NCBI GenBank assembly: GCA_947644625.1
Contig: CANRZY010000002.1
Span: 2,878-66,877 of the forward strand
Source: an uncultured Pseudoflavonifractor sp.
GTDB taxonomy: Bacteria > Bacillota > Clostridia > Oscillospirales > Oscillospiraceae
Direction: 5' to 3'
Length of the DNA stretch: 64,000 nt
Positions 10,319 to 18,740 of the stretch are shown here, in pieces (position 1 is the stretch's first letter; every line of letters starts with the position of its first letter). The translations under genes and the position numbers were made by a program. Below the pieces are notes generated by a model. The model saw only the letters and a list, made by a program, of their open reading frames with translations, was not told the origin of the DNA and did no database searches.

Positions 10319-10616
10319 CGGCCTTCAGTTTTTCCTTGATCCGGGGCAGCACATCCTGATACCCGTCCGCCCCGTACTGCAAGGAGCGGTTCACCCGGCT
10401 GATGGTGGCGCTGGAGGCTCCTGTCCGGTCCAGAATGTCGTTGTAGATCATTCCCTCACTGAGAAGAAGCGCAACCTCAAAGCGCTGCTCCATGGCCCGC
10501 AGTTCCGAGACGGTACACAGATCCTGAAAAAACTTTTTGCACTCGTCCAGACTTTGCAGGGTAAGGATGGCCTCGTAAAGGGTATCGCTCTCCCCTTTTT
10601 TCCCGCTTTTGCTCAT
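10305..10616 (-). CDS. YerC/YecD TrpR-related protein
   Basis: FFQDLCTVSEL...QRFEVA...TGASSATISRVNRSLQYG. Confidence 0.9.
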   Translation of the reverse strand: MSKSGKKGESDTLYEAILTLQSLDECKKFFQDLCTVSELRAMEQRFEVALLLSEGMIYNDILDRTGASSATISRVNRSLQYGADGYQDVLPRIKEKLKADGKL

Positions 10617-10747
10617 CTGGGATCTTCCCCCTTCTTTATGATACTTTCTTTTCATGCCTATATTATCAAAGTGAAGTGTGAAAGTAAAGCCCCGAACCGA
10701 AAAATTTTCCCCGCATAGACTGTTTTAGTGTGAAAGGGGGAGGTTTT

Positions 10748-11428
10748 ATGAAAAACGAGCGTCCTGAGCTTCGCCTGGCTCCGCCGGAAACCTACGAGGA
10801 GGTCTTCCGTGACGGCGAGCGGGTCCTTCTCACCCTGCGCTCCCGGTGGCCCCGGCTGGAGGAGACCTGTCCGGGCTGCCGCAGGGTGAACCGTTATTAT
10901 GACGCTCTGGCCCAGCGCTGGAAAAAGCGGTGGACCGGCCCTCTGCTAGCTGACGCCAAAGCCGCGGCGGGACCGGAGACCCCTCCCTGGGAGGCCAGAC
11001 TGGATTTTACCGTCACCCTTTTCCAGGGGGAGCTTTTCAGCCTCTATTGGGAGGTTACGGAGGATGTTGGCGCCCGGCGGCCCCGCCGCCTTCGCCAGGG
11101 AGACATCTGGCAGCTTCCCCAGGGCGCCCCCCTCTCCCTCCGGGAGCTTCTTCCCCCACGCCGCTGGTGGAAGGGGCCCATTCTGGAAGAGGTCCGGCGG
11201 CAGATCGGAGAGCGGGTCCAGTCCGGCGAGGCTCTCTTTTTTGACAGCTGGCCCAGCCTGGCCTCCCGGAAATTTTCACCGGGCCGGGCGTATCTGACGG
11301 AGGAGGGGCCTGTGGTCTTTTATCCGGTGGAAGCCCTGGCCCCCGCCATGGAGGGCTTTCCCACCTTTTCTTTAAAAGGACTTACGCCTCCCGCCGCCCC
11401 TTCCGTTTCCGGCGGCGTCAAAAAATGA
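10748..11428 (+). CDS. DUF3298/RsiV-like protein
   Basis: RBS GGAGG; C-terminal YLTEEGPVVFYPVEALAPAMEGFPTF resembles DUF3298. Confidence 0.6.
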   Translation: MKNERPELRLAPPETYEEVFRDGERVLLTLRSRWPRLEETCPGCRRVNRYYDALAQRWKKRWTGPLLADAKAAAGPETPPWEARLDFTVTLFQGELFSLYWEVTEDVGARRPRRLRQGDIWQLPQGAPLSLRELLPPRRWWKGPILEEVRRQIGERVQSGEALFFDSWPSLASRKFSPGRAYLTEEGPVVFYPVEALAPAMEGFPTFSLKGLTPPAAPSVSGGVKK

Positions 11429-11544
11429 CAGGCCGTTTCCTCCCTTTCTAAAAAAAGTACTTGCATTTTTCCTCCCGTTCTGGTAATATAATGTCCGATA
11501 CTTTTTAAAGTGTATTATCCTGCCAGTAAGGAGGGAATAGCGAA

Positions 11545-11733
11545 ATGGCTAAATGCGAATTCTGCGACAAGGGCGTTACCTTCGGGATCAAAGTTTCCCA
11601 CTCCCACCGTCGCTCCAACCGGACCTGGAAGCCCAACGTCAAGCGGGTCAAGGCTGTCGTCAACGGCACGCCCAAGCATGTGTACGTCTGCACCCGTTGC
11701 CTCCGTTCGGGCAAGGTCACCCGCGCTGTGTAA
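11545..11733 (+). CDS. rpmB: 50S ribosomal protein L28
   Basis: MAKCEFCDKG...VSHSHRRSNRTWKPNV...VCTRCLRSGKV. Confidence 0.98.
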   Translation: MAKCEFCDKGVTFGIKVSHSHRRSNRTWKPNVKRVKAVVNGTPKHVYVCTRCLRSGKVTRAV

Positions 11734-11842
11734 GGCGCCACTTCACTGGAAAAGCCGCTGTCTAAGGACAGCGGCTTTTTTGTCAAAAACTCCCGCCCAT
11801 CCTTTTCTTCTTTCCGGGCATACTTGCTTTGGGGGTGACGGG

Positions 11843-12028
11843 ATGAAAAAGAAGGATGAAAACAGGCATGAAGAAACTGCCTGGCCCCGGGACTGTCTTC
11901 GTCTGGAGCCGGATAAGCGCCTTTGCTCCGAGGTAGACAACGTGTCTATCCGCGAATTTCCCTTGCCGACATGGGAGGAAATGGGCGTTCGGGTCCTGGA
12001 CGACTGTGCCAGGGAAAATATCCAATAA
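11843..12028 (+). CDS. Small hypothetical protein (61 aa)
   Basis: GGGGTGA RBS, ATG at 11843, MKKKDENRHEE...ENIQ. Confidence 0.5.
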   Translation: MKKKDENRHEETAWPRDCLRLEPDKRLCSEVDNVSIREFPLPTWEEMGVRVLDDCARENIQ

Positions 12029-12117
12029 CCAAACCCCCCGGCCGCCAGATATGGCGGCCTTACATATATAAATAGTTAGCTTCCATGTTATCTTTGGAGG
12101 ATGGGCCCATACTGGGC

Positions 12118-12188
12118 GGGCGACCATAAAGGTCGCTCCTACACACACGTTTGCAAGAAAAGCGTAGGGGCGACCCTTGTGGTCGCCC
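12118..12188. repeat. GTAG-type REP doublet (REPIN-like)
   Basis: GGGCGACCATAAAGGTCGCTCCTAC followed by GTAGGGGCGACCCTTGTGGTCGCCC in inverted orientation. Confidence 0.8.
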
Positions 12189-12239
12189 GCAGCGTAGTGC
12201 CATGCTGTGCTTTCCTGGGAGAGAGCCATGTCAGGCTCC

Positions 12240-12412
12240 GAACAGGTCAGGACGTTGGGGAGATCTAAGCCCTCCGCCCCACTCCCTTCGGTCGTGTGGT
12301 TCCCTTCGGCATTGGCTACGCCAAACTCCGCAAAACAGCCGCCGGGGCAAAGGAGCTGCCCCTCTGGCTGTTTCGCTCCGCTCCGGTCTTAGCCTCCCCA
12401 ACTGACCTGTTC
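12240..12412. mobile_element. MITE-like element with imperfect ~30-bp terminal inverted repeats
   Basis: GAACAGGTCAG..GTTGGGGAG..CTAAG versus CTTAG.CTCCCCAACTGACCTGTTC; internal hairpins; no credible ORF. Confidence 0.55.
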
Positions 12413-12461
12413 TCCGCCCTTCTTTGGAAAATATTGTTCCTTGAAACAGCTCCTTCCTTCT

Positions 12462-12478
12462 ATTACAATTTTATTACA
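12462..12478 (-). promoter_or_regulatory. WalR-like direct-repeat box overlapping -10 element
   Basis: Minus strand TGTAAT-AAAAT-TGTAAT; overlaps TTGAAA-N17-TACAAT promoter. Confidence 0.6.
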
Positions 12479-12498
12479 ACCAGAAAGGAGCGATTTCT

Positions 12499-13278
12499 AT
12501 GAAGCGACAGCTTGCCGCCCTGCTTTTGGGCGCCTGCTTCCTGACCGTCCCCACCCAGGCCGCTCAGCTCACCCTGGATGGCATTCCCTTGGACGCGGGG
12601 AAAACTCCCATTTATGAAAATACCACCTTTGTCTCTCTCAGAAGCCTGATCCAAAAGCTTCGGCCCGACTCCTCCGTGTGGTGGGAGGACGGACAGGCCA
12701 TAGCCCAAACCGGGGAACTGACCCTCTCCGCCCAGCCCGGAGACGATACCCTGGTATGCAACGGCGACCGGGTGGAGCTGGGTCGGAGCATCCGGCTGGA
12801 GGAGGGACGGACCCTGGTCCCCATCCGGCCCCTAGCGGGACTCTTGGGGCTGGAGGTGACCTGGATCCCCGCCACGGGAGAGGTTGCCCTTACCACGCCT
12901 GAGGCCGGGGACCCATATGACGAACTGTATTGGCTCTCCCGGATCATCTCCGCCGAAAGCCAGGGCGAAAGCTGGGAGGGAAAGCTGGCTGTGGGCAACG
13001 TGGTACTCAACCGGGTCAAAAGCCCTGACTTTCCCGACACCATTTATGGGGTCATTTTTGACGAGCGCTGGGGCGGACAATTCGAGCCTGTCCGCAACGG
13101 TACTGTTTATAATGACCCCACGCCGGAGAGTGTCCGGGCTGCTGAAGCCTGTCTGAACGGAGTCACCGTTGTGGAGAACGGACTTTATTTTCTGGCCCCC
13201 GCTCTCACAGAAAATCACTGGATCATGGACAATAGGACCTACATCACCACCATTGGCGTGCATTGGTTCTATCAATAA
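12499..13278 (+). CDS. Secreted cell wall hydrolase (copper-amine-oxidase N-like domain + Hydrolase_2/SleB-like)
   Basis: Signal peptide; TLVPIR; LSRIISAESQGE...AVGNVVLNRV...FPDTIYGVIF...QFEPV. Confidence 0.9.
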   Translation: MKRQLAALLLGACFLTVPTQAAQLTLDGIPLDAGKTPIYENTTFVSLRSLIQKLRPDSSVWWEDGQAIAQTGELTLSAQPGDDTLVCNGDRVELGRSIRLEEGRTLVPIRPLAGLLGLEVTWIPATGEVALTTPEAGDPYDELYWLSRIISAESQGESWEGKLAVGNVVLNRVKSPDFPDTIYGVIFDERWGGQFEPVRNGTVYNDPTPESVRAAEACLNGVTVVENGLYFLAPALTENHWIMDNRTYITTIGVHWFYQ

Positions 13279-13522
13279 TATGGGCCTGAAACGGCAAAAT
13301 TATTTCGCCCCCGGAGGATTCCGGGGGCGTTTTTTTGTTCATTTTTACACCTTGTATATGAGGGCCTTCTTTTCTGATTACTTGTTGTATCTCCTGTCCC
13401 CCAACGGATTCGCTTGTTTCCGTTTTGTAACTTTTTTCAGGAATGTTTTTTTGTCGAACCAGCTCCGTTTTGTTTGTTTCGCCGTTTTCACAGGAGTTTT
13501 ATTGATTTTTGATTCTAAAGTG

Positions 13523-13539
13523 GTTACAATATGGTTACA
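13523..13539 (-). promoter_or_regulatory. WalR-like direct-repeat box overlapping -10 element
   Basis: Minus strand TGTAAC-CATAT-TGTAAC; overlaps TTGATT-N17-TACAAT promoter. Confidence 0.6.
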
Positions 13540-13598
13540 ATTTGAAGGTCAGCGGGGACTTCCCCCCGCGCTGAAAATTGCGATCGGAGGAAAATAAC

Positions 13599-14417
13599 AT
13601 GATAAAGAAGCTGCTTACTCTGGCATTGACGCTTTGCCTGGTCATGGGTCTGGCCGCGCCTGCCACCGCTATTGAAGGTAACGGCCTGGACATCATCGTA
13701 AATGATACTGTCGTTGCCATGGATACCCCCGCTCAGATCTGGAACGCGGTCACCTATGTATCCTACTGGCCCGTAGTCCAGGCCCTTTATCCTGACGCTG
13801 TGGCCGTCTGGGAAAATGACCGGGCCATGATTACGGCTCCCGGCCTCCAGATGGAGATCCGGCCCGGCCTCAAGTACCTTATTGCCAATGGGCGCTACCT
13901 GTACCTGCCCGACGGCGTCCGTACCAGCAATGAAAACCTGATGGTCCCCGTCCGCACTCTGGCCGCGGCTCTGGGCGCCGACGTGGCTTGGGATCCCATT
14001 GGGAACCATGTGGTACTCACTGCCGCCACCGGTCCCATTACCTCCGGCGATATCGCCTATCAGGAGGATGTGGTATACTGGCTGAGCCATATCATCAATG
14101 CCGAGAGCGGCAACCAGCCTTTGGAAGGCAAGATCGCCGTGGGCAACGTGGTTCTCAACCGGGTCGCCAATCCCCGGTTCCCCGGCACCGTCTATGAGGT
14201 CATTTTCCAGCGTGGACAGTTTACCCCCGTGTCCAACGGCTCCATCAATCTGACCCCCAACGCGGAAAGCGTCATTGCCGCCAAGCTGTGCCTGGACGGG
14301 GCCAACACGGCCGGCAACGCCCTCTACTTCATCAACCCCCGGTATTCGCCCAATAGCTGGGCCAGCCGGAACCGGCCCTATGTGGCCACCATCGGAGCCC
14401 ACGCTTTTTACGCCTGA
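13599..14417 (+). CDS. Secreted cell wall hydrolase (paralog of 12499-13278)
   Basis: Signal peptide; LSHIINAESGNQ...AVGNVVLNRV...FPGTVYEVIFQ. Confidence 0.9.
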   Translation: MIKKLLTLALTLCLVMGLAAPATAIEGNGLDIIVNDTVVAMDTPAQIWNAVTYVSYWPVVQALYPDAVAVWENDRAMITAPGLQMEIRPGLKYLIANGRYLYLPDGVRTSNENLMVPVRTLAAALGADVAWDPIGNHVVLTAATGPITSGDIAYQEDVVYWLSHIINAESGNQPLEGKIAVGNVVLNRVANPRFPGTVYEVIFQRGQFTPVSNGSINLTPNAESVIAAKLCLDGANTAGNALYFINPRYSPNSWASRNRPYVATIGAHAFYA

Positions 14418-14585
14418 GCTTTCTCTTCACAGCGTTTCGCCCCTTCCCGCTATGGGAAGGGGCGGTTTTTATGCGGAACAAGCCCATTATTGGCATGCGT
14501 TCTGACATATTTTTCCCTTTTTGACATTTTTCTTGCTTCCCTCCCTTTCCAGGGCTATAATGGAAAGCAGGAAAGGAATGATCCC

Positions 14586-16088
14586 ATGAAGCTTTTTCAG
14601 CGTTTTTGCTGCGCCGTTCTCTGCGCCGCTTTGTCCCTCCCTTTGGGCGCTTTTGCCGCCGAAGGGCCTCAATATCCCGACCTTTCCCAGGATCACTGGG
14701 CCTACAAGGACATTACCCAGGCCGTAAACCTTGGCATTCTCAAGGGCATGGAGGATGGGCGTATGGCCCCCGAGGATACCTTGACCTGGGGCCAATACCT
14801 GGTCATGCTGGTCCGGGCCGTCTACCCTGAGGCCTACGACCTTCAGCTGAAGATGGGTGCCGCTTGGGACCATGCGGGGTATGACGCCGCCATAGAGATG
14901 GGGCTTCTGCAGGAAAACGATTTCTTGCCGGTGTCCGACCTCTCCCTTTCCCAGCCCATTCTTCGACAGGATGCCGCCGTGCTGCTGAACCGGCTGCTGC
15001 TGGACTTCGACTACAAGGAAATGTTCTGGAGTGCCCCCAGCGACGACGAAAATTGGGAGATCCCCACCGCCGCCGCTTCCCTCTCCGACTGGGATACCCT
15101 GGATAAAAACCACCAGGAGGCCGTCTCCCGGCTTTTTGAGGCGGTGATCGTCAAGGGCCGTACCGACGGTACCTTTGGCGGGCAGGAAACCATCAAACGG
15201 GCCGACGGCACAGCACTGCTCATGCGGGCTCTTCCTCTGGTGGAAATGCGGCTGTGGGGCATCGAGTCAAAAACAATCACCCTTCGCCTTTTGGATCAGG
15301 ACGGCGGCCTTCTTGTGGAGGATAAGATCATTCCCGCTGAGTTGGGCGCTTCAACCGCAGAGCTGGCCGACCTGTACGCCCCCAAGCATTATGCTTCCAT
15401 GGACGGCGGCGTCACCGTCACCCGCGCCCAAGACCTGTATAGCGTCACCATGCGTCCCTTCACCCAGGCGGAGCTGGATGAGGAATCCTACTACGAACAG
15501 CTCACCGCCGGACAGGTTACCCAGGAGGAGTACGATACCCAGAACTTCTGGCTGCGGAAGCTGGGGGAAAACGACCAGAAAAAGCTTCTTCTCTACGGAA
15601 ACGCCTCCCAGCGCCGCTACGCCAACCGGCAGGAGGCCGAGCAGCATATGACCACCATCACCGTCCCCATGTGGCGCATCGACAAAAGTGGAAACAAGTA
15701 CGCCTCGGAGGGCAGCTTCCTCATCAATGCCGCCATCGCCCAGGATGTGGTGGCCATCTTTACCGAGATCTTCAACGACCCCGAACAGTTCCCCTTCCGT
15801 GATCTGGGAGGCTACGGCTGGCGGGGAGACAAGGCCACGGGAGAGCACAACTGCGGCACCGCCATCGACATCAACTGGAACGAGAATTACCAGATCCGCA
15901 ACGGACGGATCCAGACCGGATCCCTGTGGCAGCCGGGGAGCAATCCCTACTCCATCAGTCCAGGCGGCTCGGTGGTCCGTATTTTCCGGGAGCACGGCTG
16001 GTCCTGGGGCGGAGACGCCTGGGCGGACAACAGCGACGACAGCTACGGCTATCACGACTATATGCATTTCTCCTATATGGGTTGGTAA
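14586..16088 (+). CDS. SLH-domain M15-family peptidase
   Basis: SLH repeats (YPDLSQDHWA, GRTDGTFGG); C-terminal EHNCGTAIDIN...WGG...DYMHFS. Confidence 0.85.
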   Translation: MKLFQRFCCAVLCAALSLPLGAFAAEGPQYPDLSQDHWAYKDITQAVNLGILKGMEDGRMAPEDTLTWGQYLVMLVRAVYPEAYDLQLKMGAAWDHAGYDAAIEMGLLQENDFLPVSDLSLSQPILRQDAAVLLNRLLLDFDYKEMFWSAPSDDENWEIPTAAASLSDWDTLDKNHQEAVSRLFEAVIVKGRTDGTFGGQETIKRADGTALLMRALPLVEMRLWGIESKTITLRLLDQDGGLLVEDKIIPAELGASTAELADLYAPKHYASMDGGVTVTRAQDLYSVTMRPFTQAELDEESYYEQLTAGQVTQEEYDTQNFWLRKLGENDQKKLLLYGNASQRRYANRQEAEQHMTTITVPMWRIDKSGNKYASEGSFLINAAIAQDVVAIFTEIFNDPEQFPFRDLGGYGWRGDKATGEHNCGTAIDINWNENYQIRNGRIQTGSLWQPGSNPYSISPGGSVVRIFREHGWSWGGDAWADNSDDSYGYHDYMHFSYMGW

Positions 16089-16094
16089 AAAGAA

Positions 16095-16137
16095 GCCCAA
16101 GAAAAAACCTCGCCAGTGGCGAGGTTTTTTCTTGGGC
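16095..16137. terminator. Bidirectional terminator (21-bp perfect inverted repeat)
   Basis: GCCCAAGAAAAAACCTCGCCA-G-TGGCGAGGTTTTTTCTTGGGC between convergent genes. Confidence 0.8.
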
Positions 16138-16144
16138 ATTCCCT

Positions 16145-18493
16145 TTACCAAATACTAACCCGGTCCTCCGGGGCGGTCCACATACCGTCCCCCTCCTGAA
16201 TGTCGAAGGTCTCATAAAACTGAGGGATGGTCTGAAGGGCCCGGTTCACCCGGAGCTTATCAGCGGCATGGACGTCGCCGGCCGCCAGATACTCCAGCGT
16301 ATTCCGGGGGGCGGTGGAGGCCCAGGTCTTAGCTACCGTGCGGAACAGAGCCTCATAGTCCGGGTCCTCCAGCTTTCCGGCACACTCCACGATACAGCGA
16401 AGCGCCCCCAGGTCGGCCACGTTCTCCGAGAGAGTCAACGCGCCTGAACAGACGATCCCCGGAGCGGACTCCTGACCGTCATACCACTCCACCACCGCCT
16501 GACATTTCTCTTGGAAGGCCGCGTAATCCTTTTGCGTCCACCAGTCGGCGGCATTTCCCTTCTCGTCAAATTTGGCTCCGTTATTGTCAAAGGCATGGGT
16601 GATCTCGTGGGCAATGATATAGCCGATCCCGCCCAGGTTCTCCTCCCGGCTGGCATTCACATCGTACATAGGGCTTTGAAGAATAGCGGCAGGGAAGGTA
16701 ATATCGTTGGCGGTGGCATTATAACAGGCGTTAACGGTGTAGGGAGCCATGACCCACTGGGTCTTATCCACCTCTTTATCCTGATAGGACAGCATTTCAG
16801 CCCGTGCGGCCTTCTGGATGGAGATCATGTTGGAAAAGTAGGAACCGCCCTCCTCAGGACCCTTGATGTCGGCATTGTCCAAATAGGTCTCCCAGCGGTC
16901 GGGATACCCCACCTTCACCTGCATGGCGTCCAGCTTTTTGAGGGCCATGGTCCGGGTCTCCTCGCTCATCCAGTCCTGCTCCGCCAGCCGCTCCTTGTAG
17001 ACGGAAATAAACTCCCCGATCATCTCCTCCACGTCAGCCTTTGCCTCGGAGGTAAAATATTCTTCCACATAGGCCCGGGAAAGATAGTCGCTCAGCAGAC
17101 TCTGGACCTGGGCGGCGGCGATCTGTTCCGGCTCCTGGCGGCCCTCCATGCCGTAATATGCGGCCTGGAATTCATACTCGGCCTCCAGGAAATCCTGGCT
17201 CAGGGCCGAGCAGGTCATCATTACAAGGCCCATCTTGGACATAGCCTTCAAATCGTCCAGATGCTCTTCCGTAAAATAGGCTGCGGCGGCCTTCATGGCT
17301 CCCACGTCGCTGACCCCGATCTGAGCGGCCGGCTTCAGACCGCTGGAGGCATAAAACCCATCCAGATCCACCGGGGGGAAAACGGTCTTCAGCTCCTCCA
17401 TGGTATAAAGATTGTATATCAGGTCCACATTGCCCATATCCTGAGGATCCAGAGACGCGGCGGAAACCGCCTTTTCCATGTCATAGATCCGCCGGGCGTT
17501 TGCCTGGGCCACGGTCTCCTCCTCCCCGCTGAGAACGAAAATTCTGGTAACAAAGTTCAGATAGGCCTCGGTGAGCGCAGGATCTTCCTTGGCATAAAAG
17601 TCTTTTCCCAGCATTGGCTCAAAGGCGCTGAACCGAACGGCGTAGCGGCTGGAATCCATCAGATCCACAGTAAGGCCGAAGCTCAGAAGAGTGACAAAGC
17701 CCAGCTCCTCCCGCAGATCGACGTCGGCGTCCATCAGGCCGGCCAGGGTTTTCGCGTTGTCGATGGCGTCCAGATATTTTTGAATGGGCTCCACACCCGC
17801 CTTCTCTCGACTCTCCGTGTCAATGACCGTGTTGTAGAGAGCGGCGATCTTGGCCTCAGCGGTACCGGAGGTCTGGGGCTGGGCGGCAATGTCCGTAATG
17901 AGGCCTGCCACCTGGTCATTGACCTCCATCATCAGCCCATAGAGGGCGCCGTTCACCATCATCCCCGCCGGAATGGAAGACTGGTCCAGCCACTCTTTAT
18001 TGACAGCGGCGTAAAAATCGTCCCTCAGGCTGCTTCCCTTAAAAGCATAGGCCCTCCGGACGAGGGTCTCCAGCTCCTCCCGCGTCACCGACGCGTCAGG
18101 GGAAAGCCTCCCTTCCCCCGTTCCCTCCACGATACCCGCCGCCAGCACCTGGGCCAGCTCGCTTCCAGCCCAGGTGGGAACATCGGCAAAGTCCTTGTTG
18201 GAAAAAGCCATCCGGGCATTGGCCCCCTCCGGGACCTCAAAGCCGCCAAAGGCCCGCTCCAGCATGACCAGCGCCTCCCCTCTGGTCAGAGGCCTGTCCA
18301 AATGCAACTGGCCGTTTTCGTCCCCCTTCAAAATATCCTGCCCCTTCTCGCCGTAGTCATCGGCGGCGGCCAACAGCAGATCCCAGGCCTGACCCCGCGT
18401 CAGATTCTCCTCCGCCAGAGAGGCCGGAGTCAGGGTCAAGGCCAGCGTTAAAGCGGCGGCTCCCGCCGTCAGCCGTTTTTTCCAATCGTTCAT
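16145..18493 (-). CDS. SLH-domain M13 metallopeptidase (PepO/neprilysin-like)
   Basis: N-terminal SLH; DDFYAAVNKEW, VNACY, HEITH, ENVAD. Confidence 0.92.
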   Translation of the reverse strand: MNDWKKRLTAGAAALTLALTLTPASLAEENLTRGQAWDLLLAAADDYGEKGQDILKGDENGQLHLDRPLTRGEALVMLERAFGGFEVPEGANARMAFSNKDFADVPTWAGSELAQVLAAGIVEGTGEGRLSPDASVTREELETLVRRAYAFKGSSLRDDFYAAVNKEWLDQSSIPAGMMVNGALYGLMMEVNDQVAGLITDIAAQPQTSGTAEAKIAALYNTVIDTESREKAGVEPIQKYLDAIDNAKTLAGLMDADVDLREELGFVTLLSFGLTVDLMDSSRYAVRFSAFEPMLGKDFYAKEDPALTEAYLNFVTRIFVLSGEEETVAQANARRIYDMEKAVSAASLDPQDMGNVDLIYNLYTMEELKTVFPPVDLDGFYASSGLKPAAQIGVSDVGAMKAAAAYFTEEHLDDLKAMSKMGLVMMTCSALSQDFLEAEYEFQAAYYGMEGRQEPEQIAAAQVQSLLSDYLSRAYVEEYFTSEAKADVEEMIGEFISVYKERLAEQDWMSEETRTMALKKLDAMQVKVGYPDRWETYLDNADIKGPEEGGSYFSNMISIQKAARAEMLSYQDKEVDKTQWVMAPYTVNACYNATANDITFPAAILQSPMYDVNASREENLGGIGYIIAHEITHAFDNNGAKFDEKGNAADWWTQKDYAAFQEKCQAVVEWYDGQESAPGIVCSGALTLSENVADLGALRCIVECAGKLEDPDYEALFRTVAKTWASTAPRNTLEYLAAGDVHAADKLRVNRALQTIPQFYETFDIQEGDGMWTAPEDRVSIW

Positions 18494-18680
18494 CCCGATC
18501 GCTTCCTTTCAAAAACATTGTGGGACAAGAATAGCACTTTTACAGTAAAAAGGCAAACTTATTTTGCGTCCTTCTGTCCTGAATAAACGGCGGAGCGCAA
18601 AAACGCGCTCCGCCGGACAAAATCAACAGAAATTTACCATTACGCCAACAGGGAAGTCAAATACGGAACCTGATCCTGCC

Positions 18681-18705
18681 GGGCGGGCCAGAGACCCGCC
18701 CCTAC
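18681..18705 (-). repeat. GTAG-type REP
   Basis: Revcomp GTAGGGGCGGGTCTCTGGCCCGCCC. Confidence 0.7.
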
Positions 18706-18740
18706 GGCTTTTGACGAACGTGGTCGTGTGCGGCATTCCG

